Shown: positions 35,075-45,434 of the stretch, piece by piece | How positions within the stretch are numbered: the stretch's first letter is position 1 | Layout of the letters: every line of letters begins with the position of its first letter | IMG/VR virus record: IMGVR_UViG_3300005288_000001 | Span: 32,001-96,000 of that record | DNA length: 64,000 nucleotides | Direction: 5' to 3' (one strand) | Source of the DNA: a virus | The notes under the pieces: generated by a model | The model's database searches: none | The model's input: only the letters and a program-made list of their open reading frames with translations | Told to the model about the DNA's origin: nothing | Program-made: the position numbers and the translations under genes

Positions 35075-36409
35075 TCAAAAGAAATCCTCAAGTGATGCAC
35101 CCTTCTCGGCGTTCGGGTGGTGTTTCAGTAGTTCTTCCCGGCCCACGCGTTTCTCGCAATACTCAAACCACTCCTCCGAGTCCCACATACCTGGAGCGAT
35201 TCCGTTCCACTTGTAGCGTTGAAGCGGATGGCTAGGATCAAGGCGTCGACCCTCGACGAAATCTTCACGCGCTTTCTCATATTCGTAGCTGCCCAGCTCC
35301 AGCATGCCCTCTCGTAAGTAAACAACAAGACTTACTCTCTCGGAGTCTGGACTACCGAGAACAATTGGCGTGTTCCCATGAATAATGTCGTGGTTATTGA
35401 CGAGTAGTAGGTCCCCAGGCCGTACATTGACGGCCACTCGATACTCTGGGAATACGAGGTAGCCTCCGGTGTAATTTCCATCATTGGAGAGGACGAGGAG
35501 GTTAGACATACCTTCTGTATAATCGCCCGCGTCCCGATGGGCAGCCGTCCGAAACGTTGAGTTGACCGTAATCGTCGTGAATGGAGTACCCGGGATAACG
35601 AACGCTGGATCAATACTATCGGAAGCAGCTTTTTGGTTTGCGTATCGAGCCGGTAGCAAATCTCGGAACCCTTCGGCGAGACGCTGTAGAAATGGATATG
35701 CTTTGATGAAGTCTTCATAATGATCTCGTGTGTATCCAGTTGCACGGCCGAACGGGATGCGGGGATAGCGATCAAACCATCCAGCGATACCCGAACGAAC
35801 CTTGTTGCCATAGGTCGAAGTGGAGATGTAACCTGCTACTTCCTGAACTTTCTTATGGCGCTCAGGCTTCGCAAGAGGAATAAGGGAATCAACCCAACGC
35901 TCAAAATCGAAAGAAGGATCAAAACGAGCATAAACCCAAACAGTGTGCTTACCATTCCCGGTGACGACTTCTCGGCTTTCTTTCGTTGGGTAGCGCGCGC
36001 GAATTTTGTCAATTATTTCTTCCTCGACCAAAGCGGACGTAACCGAGTCTTCATCAATGGCTTCCAACATATCGTGTTGGTAATTTGTGACAAAGGCCCG
36101 AGCAACACGACCTTCTTCTGTTGTATGGCCTTCAAGGATCCCAGATGCCAGACCGCGATTTTCTGTTTCACGCGCCGCAGCACGTAAGCCTTCATATGCG
36201 GCTTGTTGGTCTTCCGTACGGAAATAATTTTTACGAAACTTGAACGCAATGCGTTTTTCGTCAAGGGGCGAACCCCCGACCGATTGGTCCGGTATGTAAC
36301 AGTCAGTGTCTTCATTGACTAGAATGTCGTAATGTGAATCGTCGATGAATCGGCCGATGGTGTTTTCGGCTTCTTCGTATCGTTGGGGAGCTACTAGAAT
36401 TTTTGTCAT
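35075..36409 (-). CDS. TET/JBP-family 2OG-Fe(II) dioxygenase (5-methylpyrimidine oxygenase)
   Basis: FTTITVN...AAHRDAGD (HxD), GGYLVFP, HGNT, RVSLVVYLRE; C-terminal SLEDFF. Confidence 0.85.
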   Translation of the reverse strand: MTKILVAPQRYEEAENTIGRFIDDSHYDILVNEDTDCYIPDQSVGGSPLDEKRIAFKFRKNYFRTEDQQAAYEGLRAAARETENRGLASGILEGHTTEEGRVARAFVTNYQHDMLEAIDEDSVTSALVEEEIIDKIRARYPTKESREVVTGNGKHTVWVYARFDPSFDFERWVDSLIPLAKPERHKKVQEVAGYISTSTYGNKVRSGIAGWFDRYPRIPFGRATGYTRDHYEDFIKAYPFLQRLAEGFRDLLPARYANQKAASDSIDPAFVIPGTPFTTITVNSTFRTAAHRDAGDYTEGMSNLLVLSNDGNYTGGYLVFPEYRVAVNVRPGDLLLVNNHDIIHGNTPIVLGSPDSERVSLVVYLREGMLELGSYEYEKAREDFVEGRRLDPSHPLQRYKWNGIAPGMWDSEEWFEYCEKRVGREELLKHHPNAEKGASLEDFF

Positions 36410-36427
36410 CAGTTATATAGATTGCTT

Positions 36428-37834
36428 TTAAAAGTTGAAGTCAAAGCCACCGCGCTTCTCAGCCGACTGTCCCTTTCCGAAACTAGTCTTATCAAAGGCT
36501 GGACCGGTGTCCTTGCCGCCAGAGTCAGCCAAGTCATCTTGGGCATCGTCTTCGACATTATACAACTTCATTCGAGCTTTGTCAACACCAACAACGAATC
36601 GCTTATAATAGCTTGGATCGCCATATCGATTCTTCAATTGCTTAATCATTAGCTGGTTCAACTCATCTAGCTCTTCAGTACGTATTATAGCTAGATAAAG
36701 ATCAAGCGCGTGGACGAGGCCCATAGACTCCGACGTATCGGTCATGGAAATATCCGACGAACCAATACCACCACGATTAACCTGGGTCGCCGTCAGGATA
36801 GGAACATTGTATTCCACAGCCAGACCACGGACTTCTTCGGCAATCGCCTTAACCGTCGTGTAGCTATTCGCGTTGGCGTTCGCACGGATACGCTGCGAGG
36901 CACAGATGTTCAGGTAATCGATAACGATCAAGTCTGGAACGAAACCACGCTTCTGCTTCAGATCCTCGATAAGAGCACGGAAGTGTCCAGCATGAGCACC
37001 GGAGGTTGGATACTCCTTGACGATTAGCTTACCAGTCGTACGGGAGGTAATCTTTCCCATACGCGAGTTGAACGTTCCCTGATCGATGTTTCTAAGTTGC
37101 TTGATCGGAGTATTGAACAGGTTCGCATCAATACGTTCCGCATAGCTGAACTCGGACATTTCCATCGAGATGATCAGGACGTTCTTACCCTGCATCAAAG
37201 TCGCTGCGGCGATGTGAGACATAACCAAAGACTTACCACCACCGGTTTCGGCGGCCAAACAGGTCAGGGTCTTGTTTCGTAAGCCGATACCATCCGTGAT
37301 CTTGTTGAGCAGATCAATGTCGAACTTGATACCAGTTTCTTGGGAGTGATAGTGTGCAAAACGATCGTCTGCATTCTCGAAGTAATCGTGACCAATGTTC
37401 GTGTCAAACGAAACGGCCAGGGCTTCTTGAAGCAGGGTTGGAATAGATTCTTGGGTACGCTTCTTGTCAACACCTTCCACAATCGCAATGGAATTGTAGA
37501 TAGCATTGTATACCGCCTTGGCCTTACAGAACTTCTCAGTTTCGTCTAGGAGCCATTGCTCGTTAACAGTTTCTGCCGCGAGCCCGTCAATAATTTCCGT
37601 CGTTGTTTTAATGTCCGCTTCCGTCAAATCCTTACGATTTGCAATAGCGATATTCAGCACCTCATGTGTACATGCCTTGGAGTACTTCTCAAAGAACTCC
37701 ACTGCGGATTCAATAAGCACTCGCTCATGACGATTCTCAAAGTATTCTGGCTTTAAGAAAGGTACAACCTTTCGGGTGTACTTTTCGTCATAGAGCAAGT
37801 GGGAAAGGATAGACTGCTCAATGCGTGCTGTCAA
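36428..37834 (-). CDS. 41: Replicative helicase (gp41)
   Basis: GHDY, GGGKS, SMEM, DYLNIC, TATQVNR, KNRY. Confidence 0.95.
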   Translation of the reverse strand: MTARIEQSILSHLLYDEKYTRKVVPFLKPEYFENRHERVLIESAVEFFEKYSKACTHEVLNIAIANRKDLTEADIKTTTEIIDGLAAETVNEQWLLDETEKFCKAKAVYNAIYNSIAIVEGVDKKRTQESIPTLLQEALAVSFDTNIGHDYFENADDRFAHYHSQETGIKFDIDLLNKITDGIGLRNKTLTCLAAETGGGKSLVMSHIAAATLMQGKNVLIISMEMSEFSYAERIDANLFNTPIKQLRNIDQGTFNSRMGKITSRTTGKLIVKEYPTSGAHAGHFRALIEDLKQKRGFVPDLIVIDYLNICASQRIRANANANSYTTVKAIAEEVRGLAVEYNVPILTATQVNRGGIGSSDISMTDTSESMGLVHALDLYLAIIRTEELDELNQLMIKQLKNRYGDPSYYKRFVVGVDKARMKLYNVEDDAQDDLADSGGKDTGPAFDKTSFGKGQSAEKRGGFDFNF

Positions 37835-37836
37835 GA

Positions 37837-38112
37837 TTAGGTTCCACCTGTGTAAATAATAGAGTTTTTCTGCACTCCTTCTCGAAGCAGGTCCGTCAGG
37901 TGATCACCTAATTCCTGCTCAAAGGCTTCAACATCGAATTCCTCGAGGGGATTTTCGATGATATCATAATCAAATTTAAGTGCCAGCTGATCGTTCTTTT
38001 TGTCTTCAAGCAGCTGAACCTTGGAGTAACTAAAAATTATACCCGCAAACGGTCCCTCTGTAAAGGCCAAGGCCTCGATTGGTCCGTTGATGTGGCTCTC
38101 AGTGTTTCTCAT
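37837..38112 (-). CDS. gp40-like protein
   Basis: Lies between uvsX and 41; acidic. Confidence 0.5.
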   Translation of the reverse strand: MRNTESHINGPIEALAFTEGPFAGIIFSYSKVQLLEDKKNDQLALKFDYDIIENPLEEFDVEAFEQELGDHLTDLLREGVQKNSIIYTGGT

Positions 38113-38320
38113 TTACACCCTTCGTAATGTAGTCGGCTGGATAATGTGCTCCGTTAGGGAGTCGAATGTAGAACTTGTCCCATGGAACAGTCATGTAATA
38201 GGTCGTCAGGATAACATCGAATGGACCGGTGATAACATCGATCCATCGCTCACCCTGGAAACCCACCAAGACACATCCCTTCTTGTACTCGAAAAGCTGC
38301 TCGATGATTTCCTTCTTCAT

Positions 38321-39439
38321 TTATTCCACCTTTAGGTTAATTCCAATTGGTTCGTCTAGGTCGGAGTAGTCGTCATCCAGAAGTGAATCTGCAATGTCGT
38401 CATCCATATCGCTAGACATGATGTTACCGTTCGCTACTTGGTACTTCTGACGAATCCATTCCTTGAACGTTTCATCTGCCAGAATCTGATTCCAGAACAC
38501 CGAGTGATTCGTCTGCGCTTCACGCCAGTTCTTTTCCTCGATCTCACCAGTACCAGTGTTCACACGAGCGTACCAGCCGTTCTTTGGCTTGATAACGTGG
38601 CCGGATTCAAGTGCCATATCCAACAGACCGGACCACTTGTTAATCCCCTTCTCGTACATAACGTTGATAATGATCTTCGACTTTTCGCGAACGTAACGTG
38701 ACTTCTCAACATTAATCACGAAGTTCCAACCAACGATCTCAGTACCGTCCTTCTCTTGCTGACGACCGATAATGTAGATGTTATCTGCCGAGTAGTAAAT
38801 ACCCGTACCACCAGAAACGACTGCCTTCGAGTACATTTCCTGGGTTTGGTATGTATGGTTAACAACGTCCATCTTGATGTCCTTCAACTTCAAGTGAGGA
38901 GTGACCATACGGAAGACCGACTTCAGCTGTTTAGCACGAGTCATGTCGCCAACCGACTTACTATCAAGAGCGTCGTCAACTTCCTTCTTGGATGCCAGGT
39001 TACCAATCGAGTCAACAGCGATGAATACCTTATCACCACGTTCGATACCGTCCAGCTGGTTCATGACGTCAAATTTGAATTCTTCGATGTTGGTAATCGG
39101 AACGTGTAGCACACGAGACATGTCGATGTTGTATGCCTGGAAGTATGCTTGGGGAGTACCAAACTCACTATCATAGAAGATACAGATTGAGTCCTTATAC
39201 TTGTCCAGATACGACTTGATCATCAGGAGAAGATAGGAGGTCTTGAAGTGCTTGGAAGGACCGGCCCAGATGGTCAGGCCAGGTTCAAATCCACCATCAA
39301 GGTCACCCGAAAGGGCAACGTTAATTGCGGGGACTTGGGTTGTGATCATGTCCTTCTTATGGAAGAACTTAGAAACAGCTAGAACAGCCGTATCCTTGAT
39401 CGTTGAGTTTTTCTGTAGTTTATCGAGTAGTTTGGACAT
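38321..39439 (-). CDS. uvsX: RecA-like recombinase
   Basis: GPSKHFKT, YDSEFG, DSIGNLASKKE, GGTGIYYSAD. Confidence 0.97.
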   Translation of the reverse strand: MSKLLDKLQKNSTIKDTAVLAVSKFFHKKDMITTQVPAINVALSGDLDGGFEPGLTIWAGPSKHFKTSYLLLMIKSYLDKYKDSICIFYDSEFGTPQAYFQAYNIDMSRVLHVPITNIEEFKFDVMNQLDGIERGDKVFIAVDSIGNLASKKEVDDALDSKSVGDMTRAKQLKSVFRMVTPHLKLKDIKMDVVNHTYQTQEMYSKAVVSGGTGIYYSADNIYIIGRQQEKDGTEIVGWNFVINVEKSRYVREKSKIIINVMYEKGINKWSGLLDMALESGHVIKPKNGWYARVNTGTGEIEEKNWREAQTNHSVFWNQILADETFKEWIRQKYQVANGNIMSSDMDDDIADSLLDDDYSDLDEPIGINLKVE

Positions 39440-39477
39440 ATGTGTTAGAAGTATAGTAAAATAGTAAGAAGCCTTAC

Positions 39478-42018
39478 TTAGCCGAAGAAATCTTCAAGCG
39501 ATGCAGTCTCCTCAGCCGCCCACCCAAGAGGACCAATAACGGCGTTCAACGGTGCCAGGAAGGCTTTATCAAACATCGTGTCGTAGTCAATGTGCTGGTC
39601 AATCTTGAACTCTGCAGGGATCTTACTGATGTACGAAATAACGTTTTCGTGAAACGCGTTGGGCATACGGAGGTACGTATATTTGACCTTGTCTCCTTCC
39701 TGGATCATCGGATATTTGGTGTCGATCTTAAGTCGCTTCGCATGATGGTTGAAGAGCAGGGCGCCACGAACTTGGATAGGTGTGCCGGAACGATAGACCG
39801 GACTACCGGACCACTTGGCCAATCCATTACAACCACGAGGGAATGCAATCTCATTCACGTCCAACTTCATAAATTCCTGACGCGTATTCGCCACCAGCTT
39901 CTGTACGGACTTTTCGTCACCATACAGAACTGTCTCAACGGCGGAACGCAACTGTGTACGAACCACTGCTGGAGTAGACGACTTAACCAGGGCCAGACCA
40001 CGCACCTTCAACTTCGGCTTCTCATAACGAACACCTTCAGAGTCCCACACGCTGAGCGCGTAGTTCTTCTTGGCAACGAAGACCGAAACGTCAGCAAGAA
40101 CTTCTCGCTTCATGGACATCGCTTGTTTATACGAGTTCATGTATTTCGCCAGGTCTTCATACGATTGCTTAATCAGCGGCTGGATGACCTGCTCACAGAC
40201 CTTATCCATGAAGTCAATCTGGGACTTCACATCCTTGCCCGGCATCGTCTTATCTACAAGAGCCTCAAGAGTCAGGTAGAACGCGTCCGTGTCAATCGTG
40301 ATAACGTAATCCTTATCCTTCGTACCAAGAATCTTGTTCATCTTCTCGTTCATACGGTTAGCCATCCAGCGAATTGCCAGCTGACCAGATAGGGTAATGC
40401 CTTCGGCGATACGGAGATCGTAATAGCGGAAGTAGTTGGAACCGATCGCACCATAAGCCGAGTTCAGCTGAATCTTACGAGCCAGCTGCAGATTGTTCAG
40501 GCGAGCAATTTCATTGAGCAGGCTTGAGTCCTTCGTCTTCTCATACTTATCCTCAAGCGCAAGCATTTCCTTCTTAAACTTCTTACGTTCAGCATACATC
40601 TTCTCCATCAGGAACGGCAAGAAGCCTTGCTTAGACCTGGTATAGCAGACGCCGTTGGCCGTCATCGTCGCGTTGTTATCGTAGAGCCATTGAAGGTCCG
40701 TATCCTGTTCCAGGAGCCCATCCACTGTCACGTTGAAACGCTTATCCTGGATCATTGTCTCAGGACTGATGTTTGCCCACATCATAATGTGTGGATACAG
40801 ACTGTCCAAGTCGAACGAGGCGACGTTACGGTGCTTACCGACAATCGGAGGCTTAACGTAAGCTCCTTCGAACTGGCCACCCTTGCTGGTATGGGTCTTG
40901 TTCGGGATAACGATCTTCAGGTCACGGAAGTGATTGTAAATCAGGACGTCCCAGACTCGAATCTGACCAGACACGTCTTCATAGTTAACCTTCGCGTCAT
41001 AGGCCACCGTCAGCGTCAGGTCTAGCAGCTTATGCTTCGCGTCAATACCACGGACAATTTCATTGTCGATAATATTGTATGCTACGAACTTGTCCCAGTT
41101 CCCTTCATAGAATGCTCGGAAGGTATCGAACTCATCGTGGTTCAGTTTCTTTCGCTTCAGTTCTACGTCACCGATGTGGTCCAGACGATAGTTCTCTTGC
41201 TTCGGAATCGATGTCGACTTCTTATAGATTTCGATGTAATCGATGGCAGAAATACCGGCGATGAAGTAATAGATGGTCGTGTCTTCCTCAACGACTACTC
41301 GCTTCTCACGGATGACACCCCATGGCGAAATTTGCTTTGCGAAGTCTTCTCCCATCACCTTAATCATCCGACGAATCATGTAGGGGACGTCGAAGGTATC
41401 GATGTTCCAACCAGTGATAACGTCTGGATAATTATTGGCCCAGAACTTCATGAACTCTTTGAAGAGCGAAATCTCATCGGCACAGATCGTCTTCTCAATG
41501 ACAGGAATATTCTCCGGGTCATGCTCAAAGTATTCCTTCTTGATGGTAAAGTCTTTGGCCGAGAAGACATGATAGCGTTTGTGGAGGCTATCATAGAAGG
41601 AGATAAGCAGCACTTCCTGGTCGGTGGTTTCCATGTTCGGGAAGCCGTTTTCAGCACGGGTCTCGATGTCCAGGAAGTAGGTCCGAATCATATTCATATC
41701 CGGAGAACGAATGCCAGGATATGTGTCGGCGATGTACTGATACTCATAGCTGGTCATTCCATAGACGTTGAATCCATGGACATCCTTGTACTGCTCAATG
41801 AAGTTTCTACAGTCTTTGATGCTACCAGGCTTTACTGGATAGACTGGTTTACCCTCAAGAGTCGTCCACTCTGAGGTCACGCCTGTTTTCTTGGCGTCCG
41901 TGAAAAGCGTTGGTTCGAACTTGACCTTGCGCATGAATCTTTCGCCATTCCGAAAGTATCCACGTTCTAAAATCTGATTCCCGTATTGGAAAACGTTAAG
42001 GTAATTGTCTTGGCTCAT
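39478..42018 (-). CDS. 43: Family B DNA polymerase (gp43)
   Basis: DIET, GWN...FD, SFDLDSLYP, KIQLNSAYG, DTD; C-terminal SLEDFFG. Confidence 0.98.
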   Translation of the reverse strand: MSQDNYLNVFQYGNQILERGYFRNGERFMRKVKFEPTLFTDAKKTGVTSEWTTLEGKPVYPVKPGSIKDCRNFIEQYKDVHGFNVYGMTSYEYQYIADTYPGIRSPDMNMIRTYFLDIETRAENGFPNMETTDQEVLLISFYDSLHKRYHVFSAKDFTIKKEYFEHDPENIPVIEKTICADEISLFKEFMKFWANNYPDVITGWNIDTFDVPYMIRRMIKVMGEDFAKQISPWGVIREKRVVVEEDTTIYYFIAGISAIDYIEIYKKSTSIPKQENYRLDHIGDVELKRKKLNHDEFDTFRAFYEGNWDKFVAYNIIDNEIVRGIDAKHKLLDLTLTVAYDAKVNYEDVSGQIRVWDVLIYNHFRDLKIVIPNKTHTSKGGQFEGAYVKPPIVGKHRNVASFDLDSLYPHIMMWANISPETMIQDKRFNVTVDGLLEQDTDLQWLYDNNATMTANGVCYTRSKQGFLPFLMEKMYAERKKFKKEMLALEDKYEKTKDSSLLNEIARLNNLQLARKIQLNSAYGAIGSNYFRYYDLRIAEGITLSGQLAIRWMANRMNEKMNKILGTKDKDYVITIDTDAFYLTLEALVDKTMPGKDVKSQIDFMDKVCEQVIQPLIKQSYEDLAKYMNSYKQAMSMKREVLADVSVFVAKKNYALSVWDSEGVRYEKPKLKVRGLALVKSSTPAVVRTQLRSAVETVLYGDEKSVQKLVANTRQEFMKLDVNEIAFPRGCNGLAKWSGSPVYRSGTPIQVRGALLFNHHAKRLKIDTKYPMIQEGDKVKYTYLRMPNAFHENVISYISKIPAEFKIDQHIDYDTMFDKAFLAPLNAVIGPLGWAAEETASLEDFFG

Positions 42019-42032
42019 TAATCTCCAAAGGT

Positions 42033-42067
42033 AAAAAGACCGGTTACCACCTATTGTAACCGGTCTT
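42033..42067 (-). terminator. Hairpin/terminator immediately upstream of gene 43
   Basis: AAGACCGGTTAC-AATAGGTG-GTAACCGGTCTTTTT. Confidence 0.7.
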
Positions 42068-42445
42068 GGAGGGTTTGGCTAGTTTTCAGCTTTTACTGTT
42101 CGCTGCCATAAAGATTTTCTTGTACGAAGCGATGCTGCCCATGAAGTTGATGTGGCAAGCGTCTTTGTCTTTCATCGGCTGCACCTTATTCAAGTGCTCG
42201 ATAAAATGCTTCCAGGCTTCTTCAAGTTCCGTAGAAGTCATTGACTAGTTTCGTTAGTGATGCCATATCTTGGGCTACTGTCAACGGCGAACGCGACTTG
42301 AACACGTCGACTTGGTTGACTGTATCGATTACAAGGCTGGCTCGTGCCATCAAGTCTTGAGGAACTGACTTAAAGGTCCCCTCGACCAGGAAGTTCTGGA
42401 CTTGTGATCCGCTCCTTGCACTGAACGCGGAGAACTGTAAGAAAA

Positions 42446-43006
42446 TCACTTGCCGTACCTCATCATCATAATGTCGTATGCGCAGTCATGGACTGGGTCG
42501 TGCTTCTTGACTTCGGTCTTATCGAAGCCAGGAACATCGCAGTATCCATTCTTGGCCGTTTCACATAGCAAATCAATTGCCGTACGAACGTCTCGATACA
42601 CCCAGAATTTGGCTAGATCAGGGACCCCGGCCGAACGTGTGAGCGAATCGATGGCGAGTTGGTCGAGCGAACCTCGAACCCAAATCGTATCTCCCTTGAC
42701 AGGAGCATTCTTGTAGTAGTCGCGAAGCGCATCCATACCTTCGTCCACATCATGATCGAGAGCATGAGGGACGAGACTCAGGTTGCGAGCGTGATCAGAT
42801 TGTTGTGCCCACCAGTCGAGGGTGGACTTATCCGTCGAACGCTTGTACTTCTTGATCTGCTCGGAAGCATCAAACTTGATAAACTTAGCTCGCTTGATCA
42901 AGTCATTGTAGGTGAATTCTTCTTCATGCGTCCAATGAATGATCGCAGCGGAAAGAACGACGGAGGTGGATTCAATACCTGCCGTCTCAATGTCGAACAT
43001 GAACAT
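42446..43006 (-). CDS. DEDDh 3'-5' exonuclease (DexA-like)
   Basis: FDIET, RDVRT, HDPVHD. Confidence 0.8.
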   Translation of the reverse strand: MFMFDIETAGIESTSVVLSAAIIHWTHEEEFTYNDLIKRAKFIKFDASEQIKKYKRSTDKSTLDWWAQQSDHARNLSLVPHALDHDVDEGMDALRDYYKNAPVKGDTIWVRGSLDQLAIDSLTRSAGVPDLAKFWVYRDVRTAIDLLCETAKNGYCDVPGFDKTEVKKHDPVHDCAYDIMMMRYGK

Positions 43007-43413
43007 TAGCTTTGTGCGGCAATTGCCGTTGTTCGCATGTGAATTGGGGGATTCAGTAGATCATTGATCATACGAGCCCAGGCATCATCTGCCAGAGCAC
43101 CCAACTTCATGTAGGTTTCGAAGAAGGGATTAAGCATTGCCGCCACCACGCAGAACGATACGAGCCATGGTGGAGACTGCTGCGCCGTCGCCAGCGTCAG
43201 CAAAGTCCTTTGCCATGAAGTAGAGAGGCGAGATCACCTTCTCTTGCTTGCCGGTCGTTTCGTTGATTTGGAACGAGGTCATCTGTTCCTTAATGAAACG
43301 GAGCGGGCGCACGATAATGGCTGGACCAAGGGCTTGCCATGCAGCCAGCTTTGCCTTCTTGGCGGCAATACGGTTTTCGGTGTCGAATTGTAGAGTCATT
43401 TGTTTCTTTCTGA

Positions 43414-43869
43414 TTAGTCGTGCGAGTATTCGTCGACGCTGATGCCTTCTTTGGTGGCGGTCACACGAACATGGTTACCGAAGAGCGCTTCGAACAAGTC
43501 ATCCATCACGCTGAAACCCCAGAGGCCGGTCAGCTCATCCATGGCTGCTTCTTCAGCTGCTGTTGGTGTACCTGAATATTCGCCATAAGCGTCTTCACCA
43601 TACAGCCAAGAATCTTCAAGTTCGCTCTCGAGTTCATCGTACTCGATTTCACCATCTGCATCGTTCGTGAACGTAGGATAGTTCACACTGAAGACACATT
43701 CATCGCCGTCATTGAAGTATGGTGAATACTGAGTCCAGGTGAACTTGGCAATGCCGGGATTTACTTCGAAGAACTTCTTAAATTCTTCAGTCAGGAGGGT
43801 CTTACCATTCTCAATAAATGCTGCTTGGGCGGCAGCAATTTCTTTGACCATATCAATCAATGTACTCAT
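43414..43869 (-). CDS. Acidic conserved phage protein
   Basis: WTQYSPYFNDGDEC.F. Confidence 0.65.
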   Translation of the reverse strand: MSTLIDMVKEIAAAQAAFIENGKTLLTEEFKKFFEVNPGIAKFTWTQYSPYFNDGDECVFSVNYPTFTNDADGEIEYDELESELEDSWLYGEDAYGEYSGTPTAAEEAAMDELTGLWGFSVMDDLFEALFGNHVRVTATKEGISVDEYSHD

Positions 43870-44236
43870 TGTCGTCTTTCTTAAAAGGAATAAATGTGGC
43901 CTTAGCCGTGTTACGTTTCTCGGTACCAGACATCCAAGGCTGGATTGTCATGTTCAGAAGATACTGCTCCATCGTTGGGATGAAACCGAGGTCTTGTAGA
44001 ATATGATCTTCAGCAACATCACGGGGCGAATATTCTTTGCCATCGGAGTTGAGTCGAGTTCTACCGAATACTTGCTCTACGATAAAGCAGCCAAAGGCAG
44101 AATGTAGAATTGCCCTATGGCGAATGTCAGGCATCGCTGCTTTGGAGCTATCGATGAAGTCGTCGATGTCGGCATAGTCTTCAGCCTTGCCGCCATACTT
44201 CTTCACATGGATTCGACTATGCAGAAACGGCTTCAT
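43853..44236 (-). CDS. His-rich conserved phage protein (DUF6915-like)
   Basis: H....K.GG..EDY, D.RHRAILHS, AE.H...DLGFIP. Confidence 0.7.
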   Translation of the reverse strand: MKPFLHSRIHVKKYGGKAEDYADIDDFIDSSKAAMPDIRHRAILHSAFGCFIVEQVFGRTRLNSDGKEYSPRDVAEDHILQDLGFIPTMEQYLLNMTIQPWMSGTEKRNTAKATFIPFKKDDNEYID

Positions 44237-44402
44237 TTCATGCTAGCCGTGGCATCAACGAGAAGAAGGATACCAAGCAAAAGCCAGAATGAAATGGTGA
44301 AAGCATTTATACCATTCTGTCCGAGGATGTATCCAAACAACCCGTACAAAAGCAAGCTTAGAATAAGTTTCATATTACCTCTATTATAACCGCTGGACTG
44401 GA

Positions 44403-44834
44403 TCAGTCCGGCAGCTGTTCCAGCAGGCTGGAAATGTCGTATTGGAATCGTTCCTTCATCGCATCCAGAACGTCGTCAGGAACACCGTGTACGTTGCCCC
44501 AGTTGGTTTGGCAGACGAAGACCGTAGGTTGCTTCCCATAGGTATGGATCATGTCAACATACGGCTTCATTTCCTTGAGGGTCGTGAAGGTATTCGAGAC
44601 GATAACATGCCCGCCACGTCCCAGTGCTTCGGCCGTAGACTGCTGACACCAAGCATGGGCCTGGCGCAGCTTCTGGCGGTCAAACTTGTATTCCCGGCCA
44701 TCCATGAAATACTGGTCAGCCTCGAAATGATAGCCCACAAGACCCAGAGAAATCCACGAATTAACCAAATTCTTTGCCAAGGTAGACTTACCTGATCCAG
44801 GGATGCCACGAATAAGAGTGAGAGAAGGATTCAT
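44403..44834 (-). CDS. Polynucleotide-kinase-like P-loop protein (AAA_33)
   Basis: RGIPGSGKST, EADQYF, VSNTFT, HGVP. Confidence 0.85.
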   Translation of the reverse strand: MNPSLTLIRGIPGSGKSTLAKNLVNSWISLGLVGYHFEADQYFMDGREYKFDRQKLRQAHAWCQQSTAEALGRGGHVIVSNTFTTLKEMKPYVDMIHTYGKQPTVFVCQTNWGNVHGVPDDVLDAMKERFQYDISSLLEQLPD

Positions 44835-45430
44835 CAGTCAGTTCCCGATCCATGAGTTTTGATATCGCCGGTGAGGCAGTATCCTACAACGTCATCCATT
44901 CGACGAACCACAGCACCGTCAGAATAGACAGCAGAATCAACACCAACGTCCATTGCACGATAACGCTCCAGACCACTAACCGAACCGTGAAGGTGTCCAT
45001 ATAGGTGTACCGCACCATGATGGCAGCGATTCCATTCGGCAATCGGGAAATGGAACATAACGACCTTGACAGGCTTCTTAGGTTCATTCTCACGTGGTTC
45101 TTCCAAGGTGTATTCGATTTCGAGATAGTCGTGGATACTCACGAATTGCTTCCGGAACCGATCGTTTTGCAACATCTTCTTGTCGTGGTTACCCACAACC
45201 AGAATCTTCTTGCCGAACAGACGATAGGCAATATCAGTTGCCTTGTCCGCAGCCAGGAAGGCGAAGTCTCCAAGAATGAAAACCGTGTCGGTCGGATGAA
45301 CCTTGGTGTTCCACTCTTGGATGAACTTCTCATTCATTTCATCGATATCCGCAAACTTCCGGGTTGCCGGATTGAATTTGAGGATGTTAGCGTGACCGAA
45401 ATGCAGATCACTCGTTACCCATGTTGTCAT
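44834..45430 (-). CDS. Calcineurin-like metallophosphoesterase
   Basis: SDLHFGH, LGD, GNHD, HFP, GHLH, DVGVD. Confidence 0.9.
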   Translation of the reverse strand: MTTWVTSDLHFGHANILKFNPATRKFADIDEMNEKFIQEWNTKVHPTDTVFILGDFAFLAADKATDIAYRLFGKKILVVGNHDKKMLQNDRFRKQFVSIHDYLEIEYTLEEPRENEPKKPVKVVMFHFPIAEWNRCHHGAVHLYGHLHGSVSGLERYRAMDVGVDSAVYSDGAVVRRMDDVVGYCLTGDIKTHGSGTD

Positions 45431-45434
45431 TCTT

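Noticed and set aside
13317-42018. Introns or inteins in nrdA, nrdB, thyX, 41, uvsX or 43
   Set aside because: All are uninterrupted and of normal or compact length.
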